A stretch of DNA of 64,000 bases, taken from an uncultured Gammaproteobacteria bacterium. Its GTDB lineage: Bacteria > Pseudomonadota > Gammaproteobacteria > JAURND01. Positions 8,995 to 20,561 of this stretch are shown in pieces (position 1 is the stretch's first letter; each line of letters opens with the position of its first letter). Below the pieces are notes generated by a model that did no database searches, was not told the origin of the DNA, and worked only from the letters and a program-made list of their open reading frames with translations. A program made the translations under genes and the position numbers. Where the stretch lies: assembly GCA_963714975.1 (NCBI GenBank), contig CAVQQD010000002.1:896001-960000 (forward strand), in the 5' to 3' direction.

Positions 8995-9519
8995 ATGAAT
9001 GATAATAACACCCAACCCGCTTTTAAATGCTTTCGTCAACCAGGGCATCGCCCTCCCCTGGTTGATCCTCTGACAAAAATAAGAAACTTGGGTATGACCA
9101 TCCATATTTTATTGGTTGAGGATGAACCGATGGCGACTCGTGCCACCAAAGGTTCCTTTAAAGACCTCGGTTGTCAGGTGGAGGTGGCCAATTGTGGCCT
9201 AGTTGCCTTAGAAAAGCTGCATCATCCATATCAGTTAATCATCTGCGATCTTGGTCTCCCGGATTTAAATGGCATGGAAGTTGCCCGCCAGTTTCGGCAC
9301 AGCCCAGGCCCTAATAGTCAGACCCCCATTCTCATTGCCACTGCGCATGGGGATAAAAAATTAAAAGCTGAAGCACGAGAATTGGGATTAACAGGATTTC
9401 TCCACAAACCCGTATTATATGAATTATGCGAACAAATACTAAATAGATTAGTGTTGTCGCAGCCACCGGCAGGTTACTTTTTTGAGAATCAAGAAAGGCC
9501 GCCGTTTTTAGCTGTGTAG
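8995..9519 (+). CDS. Single-domain response regulator (receiver)
   Basis: ILLVEDE, ICDLGLPDLNG (phospho-Asp), TAH, KP motifs. Start may be ATG 9094. Confidence 0.88.
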   Translation: MNDNNTQPAFKCFRQPGHRPPLVDPLTKIRNLGMTIHILLVEDEPMATRATKGSFKDLGCQVEVANCGLVALEKLHHPYQLIICDLGLPDLNGMEVARQFRHSPGPNSQTPILIATAHGDKKLKAEARELGLTGFLHKPVLYELCEQILNRLVLSQPPAGYFFENQERPPFLAV

Positions 9520-9796
9520 CTGCTGACCTCTTTAAATCTCCCCTACCCCCCTTTTTCAAAGGGGGGAATTTAAAGGAGGGAATTTCTGCTACTATCCTCG
9601 CCCCCTTTTTCCAAGGGGGATCTTTGCTACAATCCTCGAATTGTGAGGGGCACACCGCATTACTGCGGTGCTCCGGGGCTGTTCGCCCTCGCTTTCCCGG
9701 CTCTCCTTGGTGGGTAACACCGTGGGCATAACCCACGACCGCGCCATGGCGCATTTCTTCACGAAGGCATGGAATGATTCTTGCTTCAATTTAATT

Positions 9797-10441
9797 TTAC
9801 TCTCGTACAAACTTTAACAATGGCTGATAATCATGTCTATCAGCTGCTTGTAGGGCTTTAATGTAATTTTTTCTGATAATTGAATTTTCATACAAATTAC
9901 TTTGTCCCCATGAAAATCTTGGTTGATTATGAGCAATCAAAAAATAATCAGTAACTAATCGTGCGTGTCTCCCGTTCCCATTTGAAAAAAGATGAATAGC
10001 GACTAATTGATGGTGGAATCTAGTGGCTATTTCGTTGAGTGCAAAAGAATAGTTTGCCACTTGATAGCTCACGTTTTCTAAAAGTTCCCGGAGTCGTATA
10101 GGTATATATATCCAATCCACTCCCAAGTTTTTGTCACTTTTGCGAAATTGACCTGCCCACCGCCATGTTTTATTAAACATTCTTTTATGTATCTGTTGAA
10201 TAAAATTTGCTTCTAAAAGTCCTGGCACTTTGCGATTGGTATTAAGCTTACTCCCAGCGATATCACTCGCAGTAGGCAAGCTATAAGCAACCCTTTGGGT
10301 GCTCAGCCACATTTCAGCTTCAAGGATATTAGCTTGTTCCCACTCGTTTAATTCAGATTGCGTAGTAATATGATTTGGAATTAATCCAATCGCTTCATCG
10401 AGATCTAGTGGTGTAGCGCCTACCGGATATTCAAATTTCAT
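9797..10441 (-). CDS. Mobile mystery protein B (Fic family)
   Basis: GATPLD N-terminus, ELNEWEQANI, WRWAG, Fic motif HLFSNGNGRHAR. Confidence 0.9.
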   Translation of the reverse strand: MKFEYPVGATPLDLDEAIGLIPNHITTQSELNEWEQANILEAEMWLSTQRVAYSLPTASDIAGSKLNTNRKVPGLLEANFIQQIHKRMFNKTWRWAGQFRKSDKNLGVDWIYIPIRLRELLENVSYQVANYSFALNEIATRFHHQLVAIHLFSNGNGRHARLVTDYFLIAHNQPRFSWGQSNLYENSIIRKNYIKALQAADRHDYQPLLKFVRE

Positions 10442-10902
10442 GAAGTTTCATCCCATAGTTGCTTCAGTGATCCTGCAAGCAGAGTGTTTACTAACTCTTC
10501 CAGTTGCTCTTGTTGCTGAGAAGTGGGAATTGCTTGATCTTCAAGTGCCATTGAATGGGCAATACGTTGAAGTTTTTGTTTGGCAATTTTTTCCGCTTGC
10601 TCTTTAATTAAGGCCTGCAAGGGTTCTCGAGGAATAAAGGCATAAACCAAGTCACAATTGAGTGCATTAGCAACCTCTCTGAGTGTATGTAACGTCAACG
10701 AATCCGATAACTCTGCCTGTTGGATCTTAATAACTCTTGAGCGAGTAACCCTCAAACGGCTGGCTAACTGAGGTAAGGTCATCCCTAGAGCTTTTCTTAT
10801 ACAGACAACCCAACCTTTGCGAGGTTGGAAATATCTTTTGGCTGCAGACCAGGATGCTAGCTGACGATCTAACTGCTTGAGAGCAAGTAACTTGGTTTTC
10901 AT
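10438..10902 (-). CDS. Mobile mystery protein A (XRE-type HTH)
   Basis: PRKGWV..IRKALGMTLPQLA, ALNCDLVYAF, HSMALEDQ. Overlaps the Fic partner gene. Confidence 0.9.
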   Translation of the reverse strand: MKTKLLALKQLDRQLASWSAAKRYFQPRKGWVVCIRKALGMTLPQLASRLRVTRSRVIKIQQAELSDSLTLHTLREVANALNCDLVYAFIPREPLQALIKEQAEKIAKQKLQRIAHSMALEDQAIPTSQQQEQLEELVNTLLAGSLKQLWDETS

Positions 10903-11011
10903 TTAGACCACCTTTATATAATCGTTAATTTAATTATAGAGTATATATAAGTGTTCTATTTCGCAAGTTATATAATTTTACAGTTAAAAATATTATAAGC
11001 CACCCTTAATA

Positions 11012-11112
11012 ACCGGCAGGTTACTTTTTGAGAATCAAGAAAGGCCGCCGTTTTGGGCTGTGTAGCTGCTGACCTCTTTAAATCCCCCCTTCCCCCCTTT
11101 TTCAAAGGGGGA
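11012..11112 (+). repeat. Direct-repeat copy of the response-regulator 3' end plus family B REP (9465-9567)
   Basis: ACCGGCAGGTTACTTTTT(T)GAGAATCAAGAAAGGCCGCCGTTTT...GCTGTGTAGCTGCTGACCTCTTTAAATC...TTTTTCAAAGGGGG is present at both positions. Confidence 0.9.
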
Positions 11113-11198
11113 TTTCTGCTCACTACCGTATTGTTTTTCATGCATTTTGCTGGTAAATATAAATTAATAAATAATAAGATACTAACAGGTTATATATT

Positions 11199-11705
11199 AT
11201 GACCAATGCACGTAAACATTACTTCCGTATTCCATTCGATCCTCTGAAATATGTGAAAGCTTTAGAGGCAGCAGGTTTTTCACGCCAGCAAGCAGAAGTT
11301 CAAGCTGAAACTTTTTTATCCATCGTGCAAGAACAATTAGTCAGGCAACAGGATTTAAAAGAAATTGAGGCTGAGTTAAAGCGTGATATTTCAAGAGTTG
11401 ACGTTAATTTAAAACAAGCTGAGATCAAGCTAACAGCTCATATTAAAGAGGTTGACGCCAAGTTAACAGCTCATATTAAAGAAGTTGAGGCTGGGTTAAC
11501 AATCCATATTAAGGAAGTTGAACTGGGGTTAAGGCGAGATATTAAACAGCTTGAGCATAATATGAAAGAAATGGATGTCGGGTTAAAAGCTCAAAATGAA
11601 ATATTACGGCGGGACCTAAAAATTTGGTTTGGAGGTATGCTGATAAGCATAGTTGTTACATTATCAACAACCTCAACTTTAATTATACGATTTATGGGGC
11701 AGTAA
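11199..11705 (+). CDS. DUF1640/CCDC90-like coiled-coil protein with C-terminal TM helix
   Basis: FDPLKYVKALEAAGFSRQQAE motif, 11-aa repeats (LTAHIKEVDAK), C-terminal hydrophobic helix. Confidence 0.85.
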   Translation: MTNARKHYFRIPFDPLKYVKALEAAGFSRQQAEVQAETFLSIVQEQLVRQQDLKEIEAELKRDISRVDVNLKQAEIKLTAHIKEVDAKLTAHIKEVEAGLTIHIKEVELGLRRDIKQLEHNMKEMDVGLKAQNEILRRDLKIWFGGMLISIVVTLSTTSTLIIRFMGQ

Positions 11706-11861
11706 GCTGCGACTTTAACGTCCCCTCCCCCCCCAACCGTTTTTGTTGCTGGGAGAGGGTTAGGGAAAGATAGCCAAGGATTTAAAATATTGAGATTTTG
11801 GAATAATGAAATTTTTGAAAATTTGGCAGGAGTTTTAAATAGAATCTATGCGGAGGTCGAG

Positions 11862-11922
11862 CCCCCCTCTCCCTAACCCTCTCCCACCTTCCCTCGCTGA
11901 CGCTTGGGCGGGGGAGAGGGGA
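11862..11922. repeat. REP-like element, family A variant, downstream of murA
   Basis: CCCCCTCTCCCTAACCCTCTCCC...GGGGAGAGGGG. A degenerate partner lies at 11722-11766. Confidence 0.7.
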
Positions 11923-11936
11923 TTTAAGTGCGTAAC

Positions 11937-13529
<1,593 letters not shown>

Positions 13530-13546
<17 letters not shown>

Positions 13547-14120
13547 TATGTGATCTTAATTGATTGATTAATCCGGCCATTCCCTGAGTGCGCAAGGTAT
13601 TCGCAAATTGTGAGCGGTAGTTTTGGACTAAACTAATGCCCTCGACGCTAAAATCATAAACCTTCCATTGGCCATTTTCTAACATTAAGCGATAAGTTAC
13701 GGCAATAGTTTGCCCATTGGCCTGGTCAATCGAGCTATTTACTTGCACTTTACTACCCGCTACTCCACCGCGCACGGGAAAAAATCGTACTTTTTCATTG
13801 GAATAGGAAGCCAAAGCTGTGGAGTAGGTGCGCGTGACAAAAAAAGTAAATTGGTGTTTAAATTCTACACGTTGTGCGGGGCTGGCCTCGGTCCAATATC
13901 TGCCAAGCACTTGCTCGGACATTTGATCTAAATCTACGTGGGGCAATAAGATTCGCTGTACTAAGCCATATAATGTTTGTGGATTCCGGTTCTGGGTTTG
14001 CTTGAGTGCCGCTAGCATTTGTTCTGTGGTGACTTGCAGCATAGGCACTGGTGAAGTGGCGCCTATCGCGGTAAGGCTAAGTAATAATAATAAGGAAATG
14101 ATCCAAAACTTTTTTAACAT
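13530..14120 (-). CDS. mlaC: Phospholipid-binding periplasmic protein MlaC
   Basis: Signal peptide, WKVYDFSVEGISLVQNYRSQF. Confidence 0.92.
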
Positions 14121-14129
14121 CGTATTCTC

Positions 14130-14594
14130 CTAGTCTTTTTTCTGAACGTTATATAAAAATTGCCCAATCAACTTTTCTAACACCAGCGCTGGCTGAGTGG
14201 ATTCAATTACACTATCGTTTTTAAGCATGGTCTCGGCGTAGCCTGGAGCTAAGCTAATGTAATTGGAGCCTAATAAGCCTTGGGTGTAAATACTGGCTGC
14301 AGTATCAGAAGGTAAATGAGTCTGATTTTTTTTAATCAACATCATCACCTTAGCGCGATAAGTGCTTGGGCTAAGGTTAATCGACCCCACGTGCCCGACA
14401 TTCACGCCCGCTACCATGACGGGTGCGCGAATTTTTAAACTTCCGATGTTATCGAATTCAGCACTGACCCGATAATAATCTTGTCTAGTAGAATAGCTAG
14501 TTAAGCCGCTGACTTTTAAGGCTAAAAATACCACAGCGACTAGCCCTAACATCATAAATAATCCAACGATAAGCTCTATTATTGTTTTTGGCAC
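14130..14594 (-). CDS. mlaD: MlaD (MCE domain)
   Basis: FDNIGSLK.RAPV..AGV.VG, TQGLLGSNYISL. Confidence 0.95.
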   Translation of the reverse strand: MPKTIIELIVGLFMMLGLVAVVFLALKVSGLTSYSTRQDYYRVSAEFDNIGSLKIRAPVMVAGVNVGHVGSINLSPSTYRAKVMMLIKKNQTHLPSDTAASIYTQGLLGSNYISLAPGYAETMLKNDSVIESTQPALVLEKLIGQFLYNVQKKD

Positions 14595-14595
14595 A

Positions 14596-15381
14596 TTACC
14601 ACCCTTTTAACATGACTGAAGTTAAAATAAAATCTAACGCTAATACGGCAAGTGAGGAATACACCACAGTTTTGGTAGTCGCTCGACTAATTCCGGCTGC
14701 ATTAGGTACAGTATAATACCCTTGGTACAAGGCAATCCAGGTGACGACGAAACCAAAAACTAGGCTTTTGATTATTCCATTTAATATATCCGACCGAAAA
14801 TCAACGGCAGCCTGCATATTAGACCAAAATGATCCACTGTTGACCCCGAGCCATTCTACACCCACTAAATAGCCGCCATAAATAGCAACCATATTAAAAA
14901 TCACCATCAAAATAGGCATGGAAATAAAACCTGCCCAGAGTCGGGGTGAAACAATGCGCCATAAAGGATCTACCGCCATCATTTCCATACTGTCAATTTG
15001 ATCTGTTGCGCGCATCAAACCTATTTCCGCTGTTAATGCTGTGCCTGCTCGACCGGCAAATAATAAGGCCGTGATGACTGGCCCTAATTCTCGGGTGACA
15101 CTCAAGGCTAACAATTGTCCGAGTTCTTGTTCGGCGCCAAATCGTTGTAAGGTATTAAATCCTTGGAGTGAAACAACCATGCCTATAAATAAAGCTGATA
15201 ACATGACAATTAGCAAGGAGAGAACACCCACAAAATATAATTGCTCGAGTAGCAGCCAAAAACTTTGGCGCAAGCGTGGGGGGCTGATTAAGGTGCGAAA
15301 AAGAAAAATGCCCGAAATGCCTACGCGGCCACAAAAATTTAGACCAAACCGACCTAGGGCTTGAACACGAGTCCCAATCAT
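14596..15381 (-). CDS. mlaE: Lipid asymmetry ABC permease MlaE
   Basis: RELGPVITALLFAGRAG, AEIGLMRATDQ. Confidence 0.95.
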   Translation of the reverse strand: MIGTRVQALGRFGLNFCGRVGISGIFLFRTLISPPRLRQSFWLLLEQLYFVGVLSLLIVMLSALFIGMVVSLQGFNTLQRFGAEQELGQLLALSVTRELGPVITALLFAGRAGTALTAEIGLMRATDQIDSMEMMAVDPLWRIVSPRLWAGFISMPILMVIFNMVAIYGGYLVGVEWLGVNSGSFWSNMQAAVDFRSDILNGIIKSLVFGFVVTWIALYQGYYTVPNAAGISRATTKTVVYSSLAVLALDFILTSVMLKGW

Positions 15382-16175
15382 AATAACTCCTCGGCGAAGC
15401 TTACTGCTGGGTAATGAAAAGGGACAGTGCCATCTGGCAGGCCTTGGATAAATTGAGAAACTGCTGGAGAGGTGTCGTTAAAGATAGCCTCCGGCGTGCC
15501 TTCGCCAATGATTTCACCATTGGATATGATGTAAATATAATCAGCGATGCTGGCGGTTTCTGTAACATCGTGGGAAACAATCACCGAAGTTAATTCTAGA
15601 GCATCGTTCAATTTTTTAATTAATTGCACTAACACTCCCATGGTAATCGGATCTTGGCCAGCAAAGGGTTCATCATACAGCATTAAATGTGGATCTGAAG
15701 CTAAGGCTCTAGCCATGGAGACACGGCGCGCCATTCCACCAGAAAGTTCTGATACCAGCAGCTGGGCTGCACCCCGTAAACCCACAGCTTCTAGCTTCAT
15801 TAAAACTAAGTCACGCAGCATCTCTTCAGGAAGTGAGGTATGTTCACGTAGGGGAAAGGCGACATTTTCAAAAACATTTAAATTGGAAAAAAGGGCGCCG
15901 CTTTGAAATAACATCCCAATCTGCCGTCGTGCTTTATATAATTCACGGCGAGATAATTGATGAATTTCTTGATTGTCTACTACAATTTTGCCTACATCAG
16001 GAGTTAGTTGGGCACTGATTAGGCGTAGTAAAGTGGTTTTGCCAGTTCCGCTAGGGCCCATGATGGCGGTGATCTTCCCGCGCTGGATATCTAAATCAAT
16101 ATTTTTTAAAATAATGCGTCCATTTCTAGAAAAACGGAGATTTCGCACTGTTACCAAGGCATTTTGGACATTCAT
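15378..16175 (-). CDS. mlaF: Lipid asymmetry ABC ATPase MlaF
   Basis: GPSGTGKT, LFQSGALF, LSGGMARR, YDEPFAGQDP. Confidence 0.95.
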   Translation of the reverse strand: MNVQNALVTVRNLRFSRNGRIILKNIDLDIQRGKITAIMGPSGTGKTTLLRLISAQLTPDVGKIVVDNQEIHQLSRRELYKARRQIGMLFQSGALFSNLNVFENVAFPLREHTSLPEEMLRDLVLMKLEAVGLRGAAQLLVSELSGGMARRVSMARALASDPHLMLYDEPFAGQDPITMGVLVQLIKKLNDALELTSVIVSHDVTETASIADYIYIISNGEIIGEGTPEAIFNDTSPAVSQFIQGLPDGTVPFHYPAVSFAEELL

Positions 16176-16256
16176 GAATATATTTAGCTAAGGTAGTAAA
16201 TTAAAACGCGAGTATAGCTAGAAATAGGAAACTTGTATAGTTATAATGCTTGCACC

Positions 16257-17228
16257 ATGAACATTGAAAAATATTGTGAGTTTGGTCAGGCGGTAATCGA
16301 CATAGAAGCCAATGCGGTACTTGACTTAAAGCAACGCATTGATGCCCATTTTGCTAAGGCATGTGAACTTCTACTTACTTGCCAAGGTCGTATTATTGTG
16401 ACCGGTGTCGGTAAATCAGGGCATATTGCCCGCAAGATAGCGGCCACGTTTGCCAGTACTGGCACTCCTGCCTTCTTTGTCCATGCTGCAGAAGCCAATC
16501 ATGGCGATCTGGGGATGATTACCCAACATGATGTGATCATAGCGATCTCCCATTCTGGAGAAGCTATGGAAATTATTGGCATGTTGCCCTTGATCAAACG
16601 CCTCAATATCCCTTTGATCTGTCTGAGCGGTAAGGCTGAGTCAACCTTAGTAAAATCAGCTACGGTCTATATCAATACCAGTGTTACTGTAGAAGCCTGC
16701 CCCTTGGGTTTGGCCCCTACTTCAAGCACCACAGCCACCTTAGTAATGGGTGATGCCCTGGCCATTGCTTTGTTACAAGCACGGGGGTTTACAGCCCAAG
16801 ATTTTGCCCTCTATCATCCTGGCGGGCAATTGGGTAAGCGGCTGATTTTATGTGTGCAAGACATCATGCGTACTGGAAAATTTGTTCCTAAGGTGAATGA
16901 AGACGCTGGCTTGCACGAGGCATTACTGGAAATGACCCAAAAAAGCCTAGGGGTCACCACCATTGTCAATCAGGAGGATCAATTGCAAGGAATTTATACC
17001 GATGGTGATTTACGGCGGACGCTCAATCGTGGCCTCGATCTTCAAGCCACCAAAATAAAAGAAGTCATGACGTCCAACTGTAAGACGATTGCTAAAGAGA
17101 AGCTGGCTGCTGAGGCCTTGCATATCATGGAAACCTATAAAATTACTTCCCTCACTGTAACGGACGACAGCAATAAAATTATTGGCATTGTCCATATGCA
17201 TGATCTTTTAACCGCGGGGTTAGCCTAA
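16257..17228 (+). CDS. kdsD: Arabinose-5-phosphate isomerase KdsD (KpsF/GutQ)
   Basis: GVGKSGHI, HGDLG, EACPLGLAPTSST, HPGG, CBS pair. Confidence 0.95.
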   Translation: MNIEKYCEFGQAVIDIEANAVLDLKQRIDAHFAKACELLLTCQGRIIVTGVGKSGHIARKIAATFASTGTPAFFVHAAEANHGDLGMITQHDVIIAISHSGEAMEIIGMLPLIKRLNIPLICLSGKAESTLVKSATVYINTSVTVEACPLGLAPTSSTTATLVMGDALAIALLQARGFTAQDFALYHPGGQLGKRLILCVQDIMRTGKFVPKVNEDAGLHEALLEMTQKSLGVTTIVNQEDQLQGIYTDGDLRRTLNRGLDLQATKIKEVMTSNCKTIAKEKLAAEALHIMETYKITSLTVTDDSNKIIGIVHMHDLLTAGLA

Positions 17229-17749
17229 TGCAAACCGTATTAGAGAAAGCTGCTAAGATTAAGTTGTTGATTTTTGATGTGGATGGTGTGCTCACGGATC
17301 GCAACATTTATTTCGCCGATACCGGCCATGAATATAAAGGCTTTAACCTGCATGATGGCCTTGGCATCAAAATGCTGTTAAGCACTGGGGTTGAGGTGGG
17401 TGTGATTACTAGTCGCGATTCCCCTGTGGTGCAGCGACGTATGAATGAGTTGGGAGTCAAACATATCTATCAAGGTTATGAAGATAAGATCCATGCCTTT
17501 GAAGATTTAACTCAGAAACTTTTTCTTGCTCCAGAACAAGTCGCTTATATGGGTGATGACCTCCCTGACCTGCCTCTAATGCGGCGCAGTGGTTTGGGGA
17601 TTGCGGTAGCTGATGCGGCCGACTATGTGCGCCGTCACGCGGATTGGCAGACTCGTGCCCTGGGGGGTCATGGAGCTGCTCGCGAAGCCTGTGAATTTAT
17701 CATGCACGCACAAAATACTTTAACCACGATTTGCGAACAATACTTGTGA
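17228..17749 (+). CDS. kdsC: KDO 8-phosphate phosphatase
   Basis: DVDGVLTD, GDDLPD, GGHGAARE. Confidence 0.95.
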   Translation: MQTVLEKAAKIKLLIFDVDGVLTDRNIYFADTGHEYKGFNLHDGLGIKMLLSTGVEVGVITSRDSPVVQRRMNELGVKHIYQGYEDKIHAFEDLTQKLFLAPEQVAYMGDDLPDLPLMRRSGLGIAVADAADYVRRHADWQTRALGGHGAAREACEFIMHAQNTLTTICEQYL

Positions 17750-18318
17750 AGAACTTATTAATAAGTAAGAATGTGCTCCTAAGCCTATTATTATTAGGCT
17801 CTTTTGCTCTAAGCGGCTGGTTAATCCACCTCTCTTTGCAATCCGAGACTAATAGTCCTAACCACCCCACTACGCCAGATGGTTTTATGACGGAAGCTCA
17901 TTTTACTCAATTTAACCGTCAGGGAGATTGGCAAAATAGTTTTTATGCACCGCAGGTAAGACACTATCGATACAAAAATTCGGCCGAGCTCATGGAGCCA
18001 CGGATAATTTCCCAAGGAAGCGATCAGCTAAAATGGATCATCACCGCACAATCAGGATTTTCTGAAAACGACGGTGCTGTGGTTTATCTCAAAGACAATG
18101 TACAAATAACCCGTTTAAATGAAGCAACCCAGAAAACAACGATTCTTAAGACAGTGGCTATGACTGCTTATCCCCGACGTCAATATTTAACTACCGATCA
18201 ACCCGTAACCATTACTGAGCTAGGAAGTATCATTCATTCCCAAGGGCTTACAGCAGATCTTAATACCGGAGATATTTCCTTGCTGGCTAATGTACGGGGT
18301 ACCTACCAATCAAGTTAA
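17746..18318 (+). CDS. lptC: LPS export protein LptC
   Basis: N-terminal TM helix, TDQPV motif, synteny kdsC-lptC-lptA-lptB. Confidence 0.88.
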   Translation: MKNLLISKNVLLSLLLLGSFALSGWLIHLSLQSETNSPNHPTTPDGFMTEAHFTQFNRQGDWQNSFYAPQVRHYRYKNSAELMEPRIISQGSDQLKWIITAQSGFSENDGAVVYLKDNVQITRLNEATQKTTILKTVAMTAYPRRQYLTTDQPVTITELGSIIHSQGLTADLNTGDISLLANVRGTYQSS

Positions 18319-18322
18319 ACTC

Positions 18323-18922
18323 ATGTTATTTAATTCATTTAAAAATTATCCGTCGTCCTGGCATGGATGCCAGGATCCAGATCACAAGGATGTGAGGCTT
18401 TTGCATCCTGCAGGGTGGCGACGCGCCTTCTTTGTATTACTCTCTGTGTTAATCAGCTCTACAGCCATAGGATTGACCAGTGATGAAAAAGAGCCTGCCC
18501 ATTTTGTATCTGAACAATTTATGTTTAATCAGAAGACGGGGGTCACTATTTTTGCCGGAAAAGTAACAATGGATCAGGGGACAACCCGGCTGATTGCCGA
18601 TCAATTGACGATTTATAAAGACCATGAAGGTAAAGTGGAAAAGATTGTGGCGGTGGGACACTTAGCGCAATATAGTACCCTGCCTGACAAAGAAAAAAGA
18701 GTACTTACGGCCAAAGGAGAAAAAATCGAATATTATCCCAAAACTAAAAAAGCCATCATCTTGGGAAAAGGTGTCATTACTCAAGGAGACAATACCTTTA
18801 TGGGCGAGCAAATTCACTATGACATAGCCCAGCAGGCGCTGACCTCTATTCCACTTCCGGGGGGTAGCCAATCCAGCTTAATAATACAGCCCCAAGATCT
18901 GCCAGGAAGTAAAACTGAGTAG
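18323..18922 (+). CDS. lptA: LPS transport periplasmic protein LptA (repeat-derived insert in N-terminus)
   Basis: FAGKVTMDQG..L.AD, GEQIHYD OstA-like motifs, synteny. Confidence 0.88.
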   Translation: MLFNSFKNYPSSWHGCQDPDHKDVRLLHPAGWRRAFFVLLSVLISSTAIGLTSDEKEPAHFVSEQFMFNQKTGVTIFAGKVTMDQGTTRLIADQLTIYKDHEGKVEKIVAVGHLAQYSTLPDKEKRVLTAKGEKIEYYPKTKKAIILGKGVITQGDNTFMGEQIHYDIAQQALTSIPLPGGSQSSLIIQPQDLPGSKTE

Positions 18923-18928
18923 AAATCC

Positions 18929-19654
18929 ATGCGTACATTACGAGCTAATAATTTAGGTAAAAAATATAAGAAACGGCAAGTAGTTAAAAATGTGAGTATC
19001 CACTTAGATAGCGGAGAAGTGGTGGGTCTCTTAGGCCCTAATGGCGCTGGCAAAACTACGAGCTTTTATATGTTAGTTGGTTTGATTCCTTGTGATGCCG
19101 GCAGGGTACTGCTCGATGAACAGGATATCACGCATTTTCCCGTGCACCAGCGAGCGCGGTCTGGTATTGGCTATTTACCACAGGAATCTTCAATATTTCG
19201 CAAACTGAGTGTGGCACAAAATATTTTAGCGGTTTTACAACTTAGGAAGAACTTGAGTTCTCAGCAACGACTCGCGATTGTGCAAAATTTAATGCAAGAA
19301 TTTCACATTGCTCACCTTAAAGACAGTATAGGCTATACACTTTCAGGAGGAGAAAGACGTCGCGTAGAAATTGCGCGTGCCTTAGCAATGGACCCTAATT
19401 TTATTTTGCTCGATGAGCCTTTTGCTGGAATCGATCCTATTTCTGTGATCGATATTAAACGCATTATCTTGCATTTACGAGATAGAGGAATTGGCATTTT
19501 GATTACTGATCATAATGTACGTGAAACTCTCGATATTTGTCAGCGTGCTTATATTGTTAATGAAGGAGAAATTATTGCTCAAGGGCCTCCTCAGACTATC
19601 TTAGCGAATAAGCTGGTCAGAGAGGTGTATCTTGGACATGAGTTTGATTTATGA
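18929..19654 (+). CDS. lptB: LPS export ABC ATPase LptB
   Basis: [39 protein letters not shown]. Confidence 0.97.
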   Translation: MRTLRANNLGKKYKKRQVVKNVSIHLDSGEVVGLLGPNGAGKTTSFYMLVGLIPCDAGRVLLDEQDITHFPVHQRARSGIGYLPQESSIFRKLSVAQNILAVLQLRKNLSSQQRLAIVQNLMQEFHIAHLKDSIGYTLSGGERRRVEIARALAMDPNFILLDEPFAGIDPISVIDIKRIILHLRDRGIGILITDHNVRETLDICQRAYIVNEGEIIAQGPPQTILANKLVREVYLGHEFDL

Positions 19655-19668
19655 GGGAGAGGGGTAAT

Positions 19669-20136
19669 ATGTTGCAACATGGCGTGTTTATGAATATTTT
19701 TAATGTGGGAACTCTACTCACTGGTAACAGCGGGACAGGTAAAAGTGAATTGGCCTTGGCTTTGATTGCACGTGGGCACCAACTCATTGCAGATGATGCT
19801 CCTGAATTTTTTATCGATAACAATAAAATTATCGGTCATGCGCCGGCGCCAATAAAACACTTATTAGAAATTCGCGGCATTGGTGCTTTTAATATTTTAG
19901 AGCTTTACGGAACGACTGCCGTTGCTGAAAAAAATTATTTGTCTTTAATTATTCATTTGCAAAAAACCGAAAATTTAACCAGGGATATTACTCGTGCCCC
20001 CATAAAAAAAACACTATTTTTAAGTACCTGGATTTCACAAATAATCCTGCCTTTTGTGGACAATCGCCGTTTTGAGGTAATAGTAGAAACCCTTGTGCGG
20101 TATTATCGCAGCGGGAATAGCTGTCAACCTATATAG
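19669..20136 (+). CDS. hprK: HPr kinase/phosphorylase, catalytic C-terminal domain only
   Basis: HGV, GNSGTGKSELAL..I.RGH.LIADD, LEIRGIG. No N-terminal domain. Confidence 0.8.
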   Translation: MLQHGVFMNIFNVGTLLTGNSGTGKSELALALIARGHQLIADDAPEFFIDNNKIIGHAPAPIKHLLEIRGIGAFNILELYGTTAVAEKNYLSLIIHLQKTENLTRDITRAPIKKTLFLSTWISQIILPFVDNRRFEVIVETLVRYYRSGNSCQPI

Positions 20137-20152
20137 GATATAAACTGCAACA

Positions 20153-20560
20153 ATGAGCGTTAGCATTTTAATTATTAGTCATAATGAAATTGGGTCTGCC
20201 CTACTGAATACAGTAAAGCAAACTTTTGGGAGTGAATTACCCTTGCGTATAGCCACTGTGGAGTTAAGGCCCGATGTTGATCCTGAACACTTGATCACAA
20301 AGTTAAAAAATGTAGTAAAAGCTCTAGATCAGGGAGATGGAGTGTTAATTTTAACCGATTTATTTGGCTCGACTCCCAGCAATGTAGCGCAAAAAATTCA
20401 AGACTACAAAAACATTCGCATTGTCAGTGGACTTAATCTGCCCATGCTAATTCGTGTCATGAATTATCCAAAAAGCAGCTTGATAGAATTGGTAGAAAAA
20501 GCACGTACCGGCGGGCAAAGCGGTATTATCGAATGTGAACAAAAAGATGAAGAGGATTAA
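20153..20560 (+). CDS. PTS mannose/fructose-type EIIA component
   Basis: IISH, LTDLFGSTPSN, SGLNLPML. Confidence 0.92.
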   Translation: MSVSILIISHNEIGSALLNTVKQTFGSELPLRIATVELRPDVDPEHLITKLKNVVKALDQGDGVLILTDLFGSTPSNVAQKIQDYKNIRIVSGLNLPMLIRVMNYPKSSLIELVEKARTGGQSGIIECEQKDEED

Positions 20561-20561
20561 C

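Noticed and set aside
9332-9810. ORFs 9332-9754 and 9592-9810 as genes
   Set aside because: They are largely translations of palindromic repeats (PPLKKGGRGD) and overlap real genes.
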